Notes: generated by a model from the letters alone, not told the origin. DNA of 63,858 nucleotides, filler included, from Octopus bimaculoides (GCF_001194135.2; 8 parts of 8 records of this genome joined end to end with filler, not necessarily neighbours in it); one strand, 5' to 3'. Counted from the first letter of the whole stretch, positions 11,564 to 24,285 are shown. Translations and numbers: made by a program.

Positions 11564-13715
11564 TCACACATCCAGACTTAAGCGTGCGCGCTCATTTTAT
11601 TGGTTACAGAATTTCGTTTCTCTTCAATACAACTTAGTAAAATTTAAATGTAACTTTATGCTTGTCTTGTTTTTTTTTTTCTTTTTTTCTCTTGCTTTGC
11701 AAGTGATCAGACATATGATTGAGAGGATAAAATAAAATTCTAAATAACGAGAAACAAACTTATGAAAATATAATATTGTTTTTTTCTTTGACATATTTCA
11801 TTATTTCTTTATATTGAATCTTTCATGAGTTGAAAAGTTGAGGAAAGGACACAATGAAGATAAAGAAAATAGTTTTAGTGGGAGCTTTATAACTTAACTC
11901 TTCTCATATAGCTTAGCAGAATATAACACATTTATTAAAATTGGGACTATTTTATAGAAAAACTGAACTATTTCAATATTAACTTCCATATTCCAACTTC
12001 TTGTTTGTTCTCTTGTTTTGATAGTATTATTTTCCCATTCATATTCTTCTCTCTTGTTCTCTAGTTTTCAAGGTTTTCTTTCATTGCTGCTTCATGCAAT
12101 TTTCGTATATCATATCCGATTCTTTTTTGTTTCGTTTCGCAAGTTTTCTTCTATTCTCTCTATTCATTATTGATGATATATTGGTATTTTAGTATGTCAA
12201 TTTTTCTATTCTGCTACACGTACTTACTTGGTATATGACTGAAATATTTTTAGGTTTCTTGTCTATAGCAGATTTGAACTTCATCTCTTCTTCCAGTGTG
12301 CCATAATGTCTTCTTCGTATTTTACCTTCTAGTGCTGATGCACAATTTTGATTACTTTTTTGTTTTGTAGTGTTTTAATACAATACGCAAAATAACTACT
12401 TTTCAGAAGCAGTATTAGTATCATGCAGTAAGGTTTCAAACACATTAAACTAATTTAATTTATCATATGACAAACACACATATTTGGATTTGAGCGATAA
12501 ATAATATTCAGAAAATATAATGATATTGATCGCTAGGTGTAAACATGTGGCGTATTAAATACAATTCAATAGGTCAGGTGACTATTTAATGGATGGAAAA
12601 TGTCCTTCTAGCTATTGGTAATTGTTTTAGAAGAGAAAAGAGAAAATATTATATTGTATGCCAATTTCTGAGTTAGACGTAGAGCAAAATAAGCGCACAT
12701 TATTCCATCTGTGAATATACATGCGTTCTGATTTAGTCAGCCATTGATTGTCTTTAGAATTTTGATAAAATAAATTTCTCAACTCGGTTGTATTGTTCCT
12801 TTCCGAAAATAATGTTTTTCTTTTTCCTGAGAATTTATTCTTAACTTTAATTTTCATTAGTTCATTTGACACTTGATCCCGAAGTTATATACTTGATCGA
12901 TTCAAGACTAGTTTGTTTTTTTTTTGTTTTGTTTTGTTTCTGCTTTTATATAGGTGTCAAAATAAAACCTTAAACAATTAGGCTAAATCAGTAAAACATA
13001 TAGTTTTGGAAGTTATCAAAAATTGCATTATAAAATTGTTTTTTTGTAAAATATAAATTTTAGTTCAATAAATACAATAATCTAAAACAAAGCCAGGGTA
13101 ATAGTAAAGTAGCTTAAAACAAAAGCACTTAGCTGTAAATGTTCGCGCCATGTATGTATAGGTTATATAAATAAACGAAATTATGCTGTGTATATGCATG
13201 TATGTGTACGTTTTTACGTTTGTGTCTAAATTGCCTACACATATAACNNNNNNNNNNNNNNNNNNNNNNNNNNNNNNNNNNNNNNNNNNNNNNNNNNNNN
13301 NNNNNNNNNNNNNNNNNNNNNNNNNNNNNNNNNNNNNNNNNNNNNNNNNNNNNNNNNNNNNNNNNNNNNNNNNNNNNNNNNNNNNNNNNNNNNNNNNNNN
13401 NNNNNNNNNNNNNNNNNNNNNNNNNNNNNNNNNNNNNNNNNNNNNNNNNNNNNNNNNNNNNNNNNNNNNNNNNNNNNNNNNNNNNNNNNNNNNNNNNNNN
13501 NNNNNNNNNNNNNNNNNNNNNNNNNNNNNNNNNNNNNNNNNNNNNNNNNNNNNNNNNNNNNNNNNNNNNNNNNNNNNNNNNNNNNNNNNNNNNNNNNNNN
13601 NNNNNNNNNNNNNNNNNNNNNNNNNNNNNNNNNNNNNNNNNNNNNNNNNNNNNNNNNNNNNNNNNNNNNNNNNNNNNNNNNNNNNNNNNNNNNNNNNNNN
13701 NNNNNNNNNNNNNNN

Positions 13716-13950
13716 ATATATGTATGTGTGTGTATATGTTTGTGTGTCTGTATTTGTCCCCCCAACATCGCTTGACAACCGATGCTGGTGCGTTTACGTC
13801 CCCGTAACTTAGCGGTTCGGCCAAAGAGACCGATAGAATAAGTACTAGGCTTCCAAAGAATAAGTCCTGGGGTCGAGTTGCTCGACTAAAGGCGGTGCTC
13901 CAGCATGGCCACAGTCAAATGATTGAAACAAGTAAAAGAGTAAAAGAGTA
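13716..13950 (+). mobile_element. SINE family A, 3' half
   Basis: CATCGCTTGACAACCGATGCTGGTG...GACTAAAGGCGGTGCTCCAGCATGGCC...GTAAAAGAGTAAAAGAG. Confidence 0.9.
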
Positions 13951-14690
13951 TATATAATCCAAACAATAAGATAAAGAAATACTTTAAAACATCTTTAATG
14001 GTCGTTTATAATTTTTTCTGTGCCAACTCGGCTTGCAACGCCGGTTTACGCAATATTCGAAGTGAAAATTTATGTAATATTTACTATTTTAAACACTAGA
14101 GTGGCACTTCATCAGACTTTCATCAAAGGTACGCTCTTACATAGTGCATCATCCAGACATTTCTATTTTTATTTTTATGTTTGTATCTTTCTTTTGCATA
14201 TGTCGTATTGTTCTTCCATTTCATCCTCCTCTACATTAAATTTTCATTCCCTAACCATACTTTTATTTACTTTTTGTTTCCTCCCGATATAAGCAAAAAA
14301 AGAAGAAGCAATGTCTGGAAGACGCACAATTTAAGAGCGCACTTTTCATGCAGGTCTGATGAAATGCCACGCTAATGTCTAAAACCGCAAATATTACGTA
14401 AATTTTCATTTCGAATATTCCGTAAACTGACTTTGCAAGTAGAGTTGATACAGAAACAATTGTAACTGATCATTAAAGATGTGTCAAAGTAATCTTTTGT
14501 CTTATTATTTGGATTAGACTTAACCTTTCGCTACATCCACACAACGGTCTTACCGTCGCGAAACCAGGATTTTCTACATCTGAAGAACTTCAGTATTAGT
14601 CTCGAATCCAATAGTGTTGATAGCCCGGAACTCGGGCTGTGTGTTTCTCTGGAAATACCCTACCTTACTTTTATACCTCACCAAGACCTA

Positions 14691-14723
<33 letters not shown>

Positions 14724-14767
14724 NNNNNNNNNNNNNNNNNNNNNNNNNNNNNNNNNNNNNNNNNNNN

Positions 14768-14779
14768 TTAATTAATTAA
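14768..14779. other. Assembly spacer TTAATTAATTAA flanked by N runs (7 occurrences)
   Basis: Identical 12-mer with stops in all six frames, centred in 100-nt N blocks (44+12+44 where counted). Starts at 14768, 18899, 22954, 36899, 44387, 56649 and 61149. Confidence 0.95.
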
Positions 14780-14823
14780 NNNNNNNNNNNNNNNNNNNNN
14801 NNNNNNNNNNNNNNNNNNNNNNN

Positions 14824-15390
14824 GGAGGAGGATCTGTGATGATCTGCGGGGTGCTACATCTTGGAAATCTACCTGGCCAACGGTTTCCCTTGATGGCAGA
14901 ATTAATAGTCAAGACTATTTAAGCAATTTATCTGATCAAATTNNNNNNNNNNNNNNNNNNNNNNNNNNNNNNNNNNNNNNNNNNNNNNNNNNNNNNNNNN
15001 NNNNNNNNNNNNNNNNNNNNNNNNNNNNNNNNNNNNNNNNNNNNNNNNNNNNNNNNNNNNNNNNNNNNNNNCATTCTAGTGAAGTTGAATATCTTATCTG
15101 GCCACCACAGTCCCCAGGTCTTAATATTATTGAACATTTATGGTGCATTTTAGAAAAACAAGTAAGGATTGCGATATCATCCACCATCACCACTACAAGA
15201 ACTGGAGACTGTTTTAGCTGAAGAATGGANNNNNNNNNNNNNNNNNNNNNNNNNNNNNNNNNNNNNNNNNNNNNNNNNNNNNNNNNNNNNNNNNNNNNNN
15301 NNNNNNNNNNNNNNNNNNNNNNNNACCCCATATTAAAATAAATCTGCTTGAAATTTTAAGATGTTTCCATTGTTTTGTCTAACCCCTGTA
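14824..15390 (+). mobile_element. Tc1-family transposon, 3' part with TIR
   Basis: GGGSVMICG, WPPQSPGLNIIEHLWCILEKQV (Tc1 WPxQSPDLNPIE motif) and LQELETVLAEEW. Ends with TTTCCATTGTTTTGTCTAACCCCTG-TA. Confidence 0.85.
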
Positions 15391-15394
15391 TGCA

Positions 15395-17630
15395 GTTCAG
15401 TTTTCTGCCAGGAAAAAGCGTTACCAATACTATCTTACTAGAGAGGCAACTGCAGAAATATTTAACTGAAAATAAACCTTTGTACTTGGCTTTTGTTGAC
15501 ACGGAGAAAAACTTGGACAGGGTCTCCTGCTCCCTTATCTGGTAGTCAATGTGGAAGCTTCAGATAAATGAGTGGTCGTTGTACAAGCCATGTGCAGGGA
15601 CACTTCTAGTAAGGTGCGAGTCAGCAATGAATATATAGCAAGGAATTTAGGGTAAAGGTAGGAGTTCACTAAGGATNNNNNNNNNNNNNNNNNNNNNNNN
15701 NNNNNNNNNNNNNNNNNNNNNNNNNNNNNNNNNNNNNNNNNNNNNNNNNNNNNNNNNNNNNNNNNNNNNNNNNNNNNNNNNNNNNNNNNNNNNNNNNNNN
15801 NNNNNNNNNNNNNNNNNNNNNNNNNNNNNNNNNNNNNNNNNNNNNNNNNNNNNNNNNNNNNNNNNNNNNNNNNNNNNNNNNNNNNNNNNNNNNNNNNNNN
15901 NNNNNNNNNNNNNNNNNNNNNNNNNNNNNNNNNNNNNNNNNNNNNNNNNNNNNNNNNNNNNNNNNNNNNNNNNNNNNNNNNNNNNNNNNNNNNNNNNNNN
16001 NNNNNNNNNNNNNNNNNNNNNNNNNNNNNNNNNNNNNNNNNNNNNNNNNNNNNNNNNNNNNNNNNNNNNNNNNNNNNNNNNNNNNNNNNNNNNNNNNNNN
16101 NNNNNNNNNNNNNNNNNNNNNNNNNNNNNNNNNNNNNNNNNNNNNNNNNNNNNNNNNNNNNNNNNNNNNNNNNNNNNNNNGGAAGCTCTGAAGGCATAGT
16201 TGTTAGAATAAGAACAGACTGCACAATGTCCAGAGAGCTGCTACCTTTGTTGGTAACAAAGAGTCTCACTCTCAGAGATAAAAGCACAGTGTATGATGAC
16301 TGTATGAACAGCTANNNNNNNNNNNNNNNNNNNNNNNNNNNNNNNNNNNNNNNNNNNNNNNNNNNNNNNNNNNNNNNNNNNNNNNNNNNNNNNNNNNNNN
16401 NNNNNNNNNNNNNNNNNNNNNNNNNNNNNNNNNNNNNNNNNNNNNNNNNNNNNNNNNNNNNNNNNNNNNNNNNNNNNNNNNNNNNNNNNNNNNNNNNNNN
16501 NNNNNNNNNNNNNNNNNNNNNNNNNNNNNNNNNNNGTACCAATCTCTATCTGTGCAGGAAACCTGTGAAAGAGGTAAAGCCAGAAAGACAAGGGACAAAA
16601 TGGCGAGAAATTATCTACAGAGGTTGACTCTTTTTGAGAAGATAACAAAGGAGCAAGACTTCTGGTGATTTGTTGTGCTTGAGGAGACACATCAATCTAA
16701 ATAAAATCATGGTCATCCATACATACAGGCATATCTTTTACAGCTATAGCTCCACCTTCACATACACACATAATTCTGTCCTCTGGCAAAAACCACTCAC
16801 AATCAACCTCCCTAACAACCCCCACCATCCACTGCAGGCCTCTCTAGTTCCTCTCACCATTACTTGTTATATCTCTAAATATCACCCCTCACCATTGTTC
16901 GCTTTGGGTAGGTCCCCCNNNNNNNNNNNNNNNNNNNNNNNNNNNNNNNNNNNNNNNNNNNNNNNNNNNNNNNNNNNNNNNNNNNNNNNNNNNNNNNNNN
17001 NNNNNNNNNNNNNNNNNNNNNNNNNNNNNNNNNNNNNNNNNNNNNNNNNNNNNNNNNNNNNNNNNNNNNNNNNNNNNNNNNNNNNNNNNNNNNNNNNNNN
17101 NNNNNNNNNNNNNNNNNNNNNNNNNNNNNNNNNNNNNNNNNNNNNNNNNNNNNNNNNNNNNNNNNNNNNNNNNNNNNNNNNNNNNNNNNNNNNNNNNNNN
17201 NNACCAAGTATCATCTCTGTTGTAAGACAGCTATCCCAGTCCCAATGTCATACTTCCACTTATCACCTGGCACATGGCCACTTCTCTTGGTTCCTCTCCT
17301 TCTATCAACTGAGATGGTCTTGTCTTGCAAGCTACTTGGCAATGCTATGGGTGCTGGTGCCACATGAAAAGCATTTGTGCTGGCATTATGTATAAAGCAT
17401 CCATGCTGGCACCGCATGAATAAAAAAACCCATATTGAAACCAAATTAAAAGCTCCTAGTACATTTTGTAAAGTGATTGGCATTATGAAGGGCATCCAAC
17501 TGTAGAAACTATGCCAAAATAGAAGACGGGAGCCTGGTGAGCCCTCTGATTTACCAGCTCCTGTTAAACTGTCCAACTCATGCCAACATGAAAAACATAT
17601 CAAGTGATGATGGTGATGTTGATAATGATG
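15395..17630 (+). mobile_element. RTE-clade LINE, 5'-truncated and decayed, with long 3' UTR and (GAT)n-like tail
   Basis: QFSFLPGKS...KPLYLAFVDTEKNLDRV...VKVGVH*G (RT domains), later RELLPLLVTKSLTLRDK. 3' UTR with GGGCATCCAACTGTAGAAAC and a GATGATGGTGATG tail. Confidence 0.85.
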
Positions 17631-18954
17631 TAGCAGGTAACAAGTTCAGACTTGGGGAGTTAAAAGGACTTGGAGAGTTAAAAGGACTTGGAGACACAAA
17701 CCAATCTAGAAAATATCCAGTTTAAGAGCAATTTCTTCTTGATCATGGAATAGGGTAAATAAGTTTTCATCCTCATTTCTAAGCAGATGGAATGGTTTTT
17801 TTTTAATGTAAAAAATACCTAAGTAAACCCTACTCCTCACCAGGGTGGGTGAGTGTAAATATAAACCCCTTTCCCCCTCCCTCTGTTATTTTTAAAAAAG
17901 TTTTCTCAAAACAGTAAAAGTTGTGATATTGAAGGTTTGTGATTTTCATTTTTAATACTTGTAACACATTTTTGGAGCTTTTTATGTTCATGCATGCATT
18001 CTTAAAATTTTTCAGGTCTGTCATCATATTCCAACCCTTTTTGCTTTCTGGTATGGAAATTGAATCCATGTATATGCAGCCTATTAATTCTTTAATTGCA
18101 TTTTCTTTTTAGGGGGATTTGATACTAAGTTATATGTATATTTTCAAGTGCCACGCAATATTTTTAGGCTAATTGAAGAACTCACATACACAACGTAGCA
18201 AATTCACTGACAAGTTTTGGTATTTTCAGAAGGGATCCTAGAAATGCTAATGTCAGCAAAACTTATGACATCACAGCAGCCAATTCAATACAAAAGCTAA
18301 AAGAACTTGTGTTGGCCTACCATTGTGACATTTCAAGCTTATATCAAATTCTATCCCTCTCTCTCTTTCCTTATGTGATTGAATGATTGAAATTTCTTTA
18401 TTTTCAATATTGATAGGCAAATAACTTCAAATTGCTACCAAATCTAACTTCTCTCTCTTGCTCTGTGAAAATATACAGTTATTTCAGATCATGGATAATG
18501 AATATTTCATCTCTCTACTGACTAACAAATTAATTTCAACTTAGATTGGTAAATTTCATGGTGGAATATTCTATCACACAATANNNNNNNNNNACTGAAT
18601 CTGTTTCTAATATCTATCCACTGCTCACCATCACCTCTCCAAAAGAGACTCAAGCATATGCATAAATGCTTTTTTTTTTAATCTTTTATTATATTTTTTG
18701 ACCNNNNNNNNNNCATATGCATAAATGCTTTTTTTTTTAATCTTTTATTATATTTTTTGACCCATGAGCATGTACATAGAAGTATGGACCATATTTGTAA
18801 TGTATGTGCATACACTTGAATGAAGGCTTTCCGGCACTGAAGGAAATTAAAACTNNNNNNNNNNNNNNNNNNNNNNNNNNNNNNNNNNNNNNNNNNNNTT
18901 AATTAATTAANNNNNNNNNNNNNNNNNNNNNNNNNNNNNNNNNNNNNNNNNNNN

Positions 18955-21900
18955 AGCGCCGCTGGAAGGCCTCACACATCTGTCCTGGATCAGTTATCAT
19001 TTGCCCTTCGTGGTTCGGTAAGGATCGGATCGTGAATTTATTGCTACGCCGTGCCTCTGCCACTCGGGCCCATTGAACGGCTTTCGTCCCTTCGTGTCTA
19101 AGTGCTTGTGCCTTAGCTCTGACAACGCAACCTTCGTGTTTCACGTTGAAGAATTGGTCGAGTGCCAATCTCACTGCGAGCACGTCGCGTTGCCTTTTCT
19201 AAAAGCTTCGTCTAACTTCTTGCCTAGCTCTGTCTCTACTCTGTTTCGTTCTACTGCTAGTCCTTTGCTAAACCTTATCGATTCATTTCTAATCGCCCTT
19301 TTCAGGGCGAACCACCATTTGTTGTTGATTATTGCCCCCGTCAACGCCCACTTAAATAGTTCACTAATCCGGTTTCTGAAATCTTTACGCGCCGGCAACG
19401 ATGTGTTCAGTTTCCAGTAACCGGGTCCCTGTCTACGAATCCTGTCTAAGTCGGTTGTACAGATCACGAATCTGTGGTCTGCATAGTCGACTATTTTAAA
19501 CTGTGGACAACCTATGCTATCCTTATCAGATACTCTAAAAATACCCTCTCTAGATACGATCTGTATGACCCGATGCTGTTTGACCAGGTCCACACTGGCA
19601 TATCCGGGAAATCCAGTCGATACCTGTCATATAGTCAGATTGTTAGAATCGTCTGAGCAGGTTTGCGAGGCTTTTATACCCTCCTCTTCTATCTGCTAAA
19701 CCTACATAGTCACACTTTACATCTAAAACTCCATTCCAATTCCCCACTAATACCAAAGAGCGGGACGTTCCCAGGAAAGTATCCAGACGTCTGAAGAAAT
19801 CTGGTCGTCCTGCCTGCAAAATGTTTTTTCTCACGAGAGTTCCGGACCCCAGTAATGAACTCATTTACATACAGCCGATCAGAGCTTACCTTGTCCTTGT
19901 TGTCAAGTTAACAAACACACTCTACCAAGTAAACTCAAGACGAAGAACGGTGTTGTAAATCGACCGATCGCCAAGTTGTGTCTGATTTTAGAAGGAGATA
20001 AGTAATTAGATAGATTTGCATCTATACCTATTATCAGATTTTGTTAGGGCTCCATATGGTAAAAATGTGGATGGGAAAAATGTGGGTAGAGGGTAATGTG
20101 CTAGTAACCCTCTCCCCTTACTGCTTTACCAAGTAAACAACACAAATAACTACGCAGAGGCAGCCGTGATTGAAACAAGAACAAGAACAACAAGCATTAT
20201 TAAAAGAGAAAAGAAGCATGGTCATTCCTTACACAAGTGACCTTATCCTATCACCCATCACCAGTTATGCGCTCATAAATCAGTTTGATAGTTGGTTGTA
20301 TGCAAATAAGTTCATAACTGGGGTCCGGAACTCTCGTGGGAAAAAATTTCGCGTCCTGTCCCTGTCAGGGCGTAGACGGCAACTAGCCTAAAAGTATGTC
20401 CTTTACTGTCAGTCACGGCTAGGACTACCGACTTACCTTCCGGATCCAGGGAGATTGTCCGTATTGCAAGACCCAGATTTTTCCGAACCATCGCGGTGAC
20501 TCCACCTCCCGCTCCCGGACGACTTGAAGACACGTACACTCTATAGCCACTGAAAATAGGTCGGAAGCCCCGTAAGTCGGAAATTCTGGTTTCGTTAATA
20601 GCCACCACGTCGACATTAAGTTCCCTGAGATTGTTGAGCAGGTGACCCTGCTTCCAAGGTGACCCCAAGGTGGTGGTTGCGAGTGTGGAATGGCTTGTAT
20701 TTCTTAGAGGTGATTGTGTCGATGCAGTGTTTGTTTTGGGCGTGTTTGTTTTTGTTGGTTTGATATTTTTCCTTTCCCTTCTTGTGTGGATGAGGATTGT
20801 TGTTGTTTGTTTGTCACTATGTTTATTTTTCCTTCTGTCGCTTTTACGTTTTTCTTTTTTTTTAACTGCCAGTCTTCATCGCGGTCCGTCTCTCGGGCTG
20901 TGATGTCCACCGGCTCTGCATCGGAAAGTGGAACATCTTCGAGTGCTGAGAAGTGTTTGGGTGAACTCGGTGTCGGTATGGTTGTTGTTGTCAGTGGTGC
21001 TACGGCTGAATCTGCTGATGGTGAAAGTGCTGCTGCTGCTGTCGCTGGAGTTCTGGTGGCCGTTGTTGGTGTAGAGAGGAGAGGTGCCCGGCTCCTTTTT
21101 TCGTTTTGTTTAGGGAGTCGACTTTTAGATGCTTAGGTAAAAAGCAAAGGTGCCACTTTGCTTTTCTTCTCTCAAACCTGACTGGAATTATGGTGCTTCC
21201 AGGAAGAAGGATCTAGTCTGGGATAAGATCTACATTCTTTTGTGTTGTTTGAATGAAGAGTTCTACGGTCATCCCAGACCAGTTTTCTTTTTTGGTCTGA
21301 TAGGCTTCGAAGATTTTCGAGTTTTCCTCGATGTCTATCATCACTGCCGGAATTAGTCAAGAAATGGCTATTTCTAGCGGTACCTGCTAAATTATAATTT
21401 TTACCAATCTCTGACCGCAGTAATAAAGGACAAGCAACAGCTCCTCGCTCTTGAGAGGATTCAGAGAGTGATGTTTGGCCTCTTCCTCGGTGTGGAATCG
21501 AACGTCCACCATTCCATAGGCCTTTCCTCTGTGTATATATTCCTTTTAATTCCAGACGGAACCTAAAACTTATTGTATTTGAACATCTGTGGCTCTTTCC
21601 ACCCTCCTTGACTTTAATCCGATTGTACGGTACGTCACTGTGCGACGTATCGTAGCTTGGATTGTCTCAGATGGGGTATTCATCTTTACAGCTAGTCCAT
21701 CTCTCTCGATTAGCTGTCTAGCATATTTCAGTTCTTCTTCTGAGAATTGTATTTTCTGAAGAGATGAGTTAGCTACTCTAGCGAAAGAAAACTTTGAAAG
21801 GCTGTTCCAAGCCGTTGTACCGGTTTGTATCTTAGCTCCTTCATTGTCTTTGTCATTGTTGTTGTTGCTTTTGTTGCTGACGTTATTGGTTTTGTTGTTG

Positions 21901-22330
21901 CTGTTGTCACTTTTGTTATTGTTGTTTTCTTCTTCTTCTTCTTCTTCTTCTTCTTCTTCTTCTTCTTCTTGCTGTTGTTGTTGTTGTTTGTAGTTAACTC
22001 ATCCACTGCCTTCGCTCACAGAAGAGCTTTCACCGCTTACATTTTCGAAATTAATGTTTTCACTTTGAATAACGTCGTTGAAAACAGAGCCTTTGCTTTT
22101 CCAAAGACCTTCTGAGTGATTCTTCTTGAAAGAATTGGCTTCGTTGCCTTTTTTTTGTCCCTTTTTTCGAGAAAAATACGACTATCGTCTGTTTTGTTTT
22201 TCAGATCGAAGTCGCTTCGCACGCATGCACTCTCATTAGCGTTCGGTGACGCTCTTCACATTCTCCCCCTTTCACGTGTGAGCGTCACCGTGTTTTGTGT
22301 TTTCTCCATATTGGTGGGGAAAACACGCAC
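18955..22330 (-). mobile_element. Tx1/L1-like non-LTR retrotransposon (ORF1 plus APE endonuclease start of ORF2), decayed, 3' end lost in gap
   Basis: ORF2 start: LNVDVVAINETRI...GGGVTAMVRK...FRLVAVYALTGTGRPDFF...LVLVGNWNGVLD, then GPGYWKLNTSL. The upstream low-complexity ORF1 (about 22200-20680) has stops. Confidence 0.8.
19813..20351. mobile_element. Non-autonomous DNA transposon (MITE) with about 45-bp TIRs, inserted in the Tx1-like ORF2
   Basis: TTTTTCTCACGAGAGTTCCGGACCCCAGTAATGAACTCATTT versus its near-perfect reverse complement at 20304-20346. Direct repeat CGTCCTG at 19806-19812 and 20352-20358. Confidence 0.85.
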
Positions 22331-22589
22331 AACTTTGCTTTAGAAACAAAAACAATTGACCTGTCCCCCCAAAGCTGGGGGACAAAATAGGAAAATAAAC
22401 TCACAACTCGACAGCAAATAATTTGTTTTCCACGATGGTATAAATGGTATAAATTGAAGTGTGTAAATAAAACTATTTTGTGTTTTATTTTTATGAAATC
22501 TACAGAGCGAAGTCAAGCGTAGCTTGCCAGGCTGACGGCCATAATAATAATAATAATAATAATATTAATAATAATAATAATAATAATAA

Positions 22590-22909
22590 TGCCTGAATGG
22601 CTCACAAAAGGGAAAACCATCTTAATCCCCAAATCCACGGAAACGGAGAAACCACAAAACTATAGACCTATAACCTGTCTCCCTACGATCTACAAAGCCT
22701 TTACTGCAATAATATCGCAGAGAGTGAGTAAACACCTGGAAAATAACAACCTGTTTCCAGAAGAGCAGAAGGGATGCTGCAAGGGCTCATACGGCTGTAA
22801 AGATCAATTATTGATCAATAAAGCCATAACTGAAGACAGCCGCAGAAAGAAGAAAGGCCTCAGTATGGCCTGGGTGGACTACCAAAAGGCTTTCGACAGT
22901 GTTCCCCAC
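22590..22909 (+). mobile_element. R4/Dong-clade non-LTR RT fragment, uninterrupted frame, 5'-truncated, abutting (TAA)n
   Basis: PEWLTKGKTILIPK...NYRPITCLPTIYK...EEQKGC..GSYGCKDQLLINK...LSMAWVDYQKAFDSVPH. Confidence 0.85.
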
Positions 22910-23872
22910 NNNNNNNNNNNNNNNNNNNNNNNNNNNNNNNNNNNNNNNNNNNNTTAATTAATTAANNNNNNNNNNNNNNNNNNNNNNNNNNNNNNNNNNN
23001 NNNNNNNNNGCAGCAGCAGATGCAACGGCGGTGGCGGCGGCAGGTGCAGCAGCAGGTGCAGCGGTGATGGTGATGGTGGTTGTGATGGTGGTGGTGGTGG
23101 TGGTGGTAATAATAATACTGCTAGATCAATGCAATCGATGATAAATATTAACTCCAACACTGTAACGGAAATCCCTATTGTTCTTGCTAATTATCTAATT
23201 TGATGATTAGCGAGTTGGCTGGATTGTTAATTAAATTATCCTATGGTTAATGAGATGGCTGAATTGCAACTTGCATTGTGTGATAATCAGTGAGTTGGTC
23301 GGATTGCTAATTATTTAATAATTGCATTGTGGTTAGTGAGATGGTTGGATTTTTAAATTACTTGATCTGATAACAGGAGAATTGTTTGGATTGCTAAAAG
23401 ATTTATGCGACTAGTAGTGAGTTGGCTGGATTGCTAATTGCTTCATTTGATGATTAATGAGTTAGACTGCTGATAAATTTGCCTAAAGGTTAATGATTTA
23501 GCAAGATTGTCCAAATACTTTATGTGTGTTACTGAGCTAGCGGGATTGCTAATTACTTTGTGTGATGGTTGTAGGTTTCGTTAAATTGTTAATAAAATTT
23601 TTGATGATTAATAAGTTAGCTGGATTACTAATTTCTTGATGTTATTATTAATGAGCTTGGTAACAAATTACATTTTCTGATCGTTGAATTTCTAACTGTA
23701 TGATTCATGGGTTAATTGCCATTAATGAGAGGGATATTGCTAACAGCTTTGTTGATGACTAGTATGTTGGATTCCAGATTTTGATATTTAGCGATTAAAT
23801 CTTAGAATTTGGTCGCTCCCATGCTGAGCTTCACATCGGTGCGTTCACACCTACCATATCTGCCTCTAAGCT

Positions 23873-24285
23873 CTCTTTTACTCTCTTTTACTTGTTTCAG
23901 TCATTTCACTGTGGCCATGCTGAAGCACCAGATTTAGTCGAACAAATCGACCCCAGGACTTATTCTTTGGAAGCCTAGTACTTATTCTATCGGTCTCTTT
24001 TGCTGAACCGCTAAGTTACGGGGACGTAAACACACCAGCATCGGTTGTCAAGCGATGTTGGGGGACAAACACAGACACGCAAACATATACACACACATAC
24101 ATACATATACATATATACGACGGGCTTCTTTCAGTTTCCGTCCGTCTACCAAATCCACTCACAAGGCTTTGGTGGGCCTGAGGCTATAGTAGGAGACACT
24201 TGCCCAAGATGCCACGCAGTGGGACTGAACCCGGAACCATGTGGTTGGTAAGCAACCTACTTACCACACAGCCACTCCTGCGCCT
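23873..24285 (-). mobile_element. SINE family A, full length, with long target-site duplication
   Basis: Near-consensus copy flanked by CCTACCATATCTGCCTCTAAGCT at 23850-23872 and 24283-24305. Confidence 0.95.

Noticed and set aside
11950-12450. A-rich coding-like minus-strand stretch (EGKIRRRHYGTLEEEMKF...)
   Set aside because: Many stops and frameshifts, no recognisable motif; probably an ancient TE.
14350-14620. CTGATGA and CTGAAGA motifs (also CTGACGA at about 27889)
   Set aside because: No intact GAAA with a paired helix II; insufficient for a ribozyme call.
18655-18762. Direct duplication of about 48 bp around an 11-N gap
   Set aside because: Typical overlap of contig ends; assembly artefact.
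20714-21136. 140-aa plus-strand ORF
   Set aside because: Antisense shadow of the low-complexity Tx1-like ORF1.
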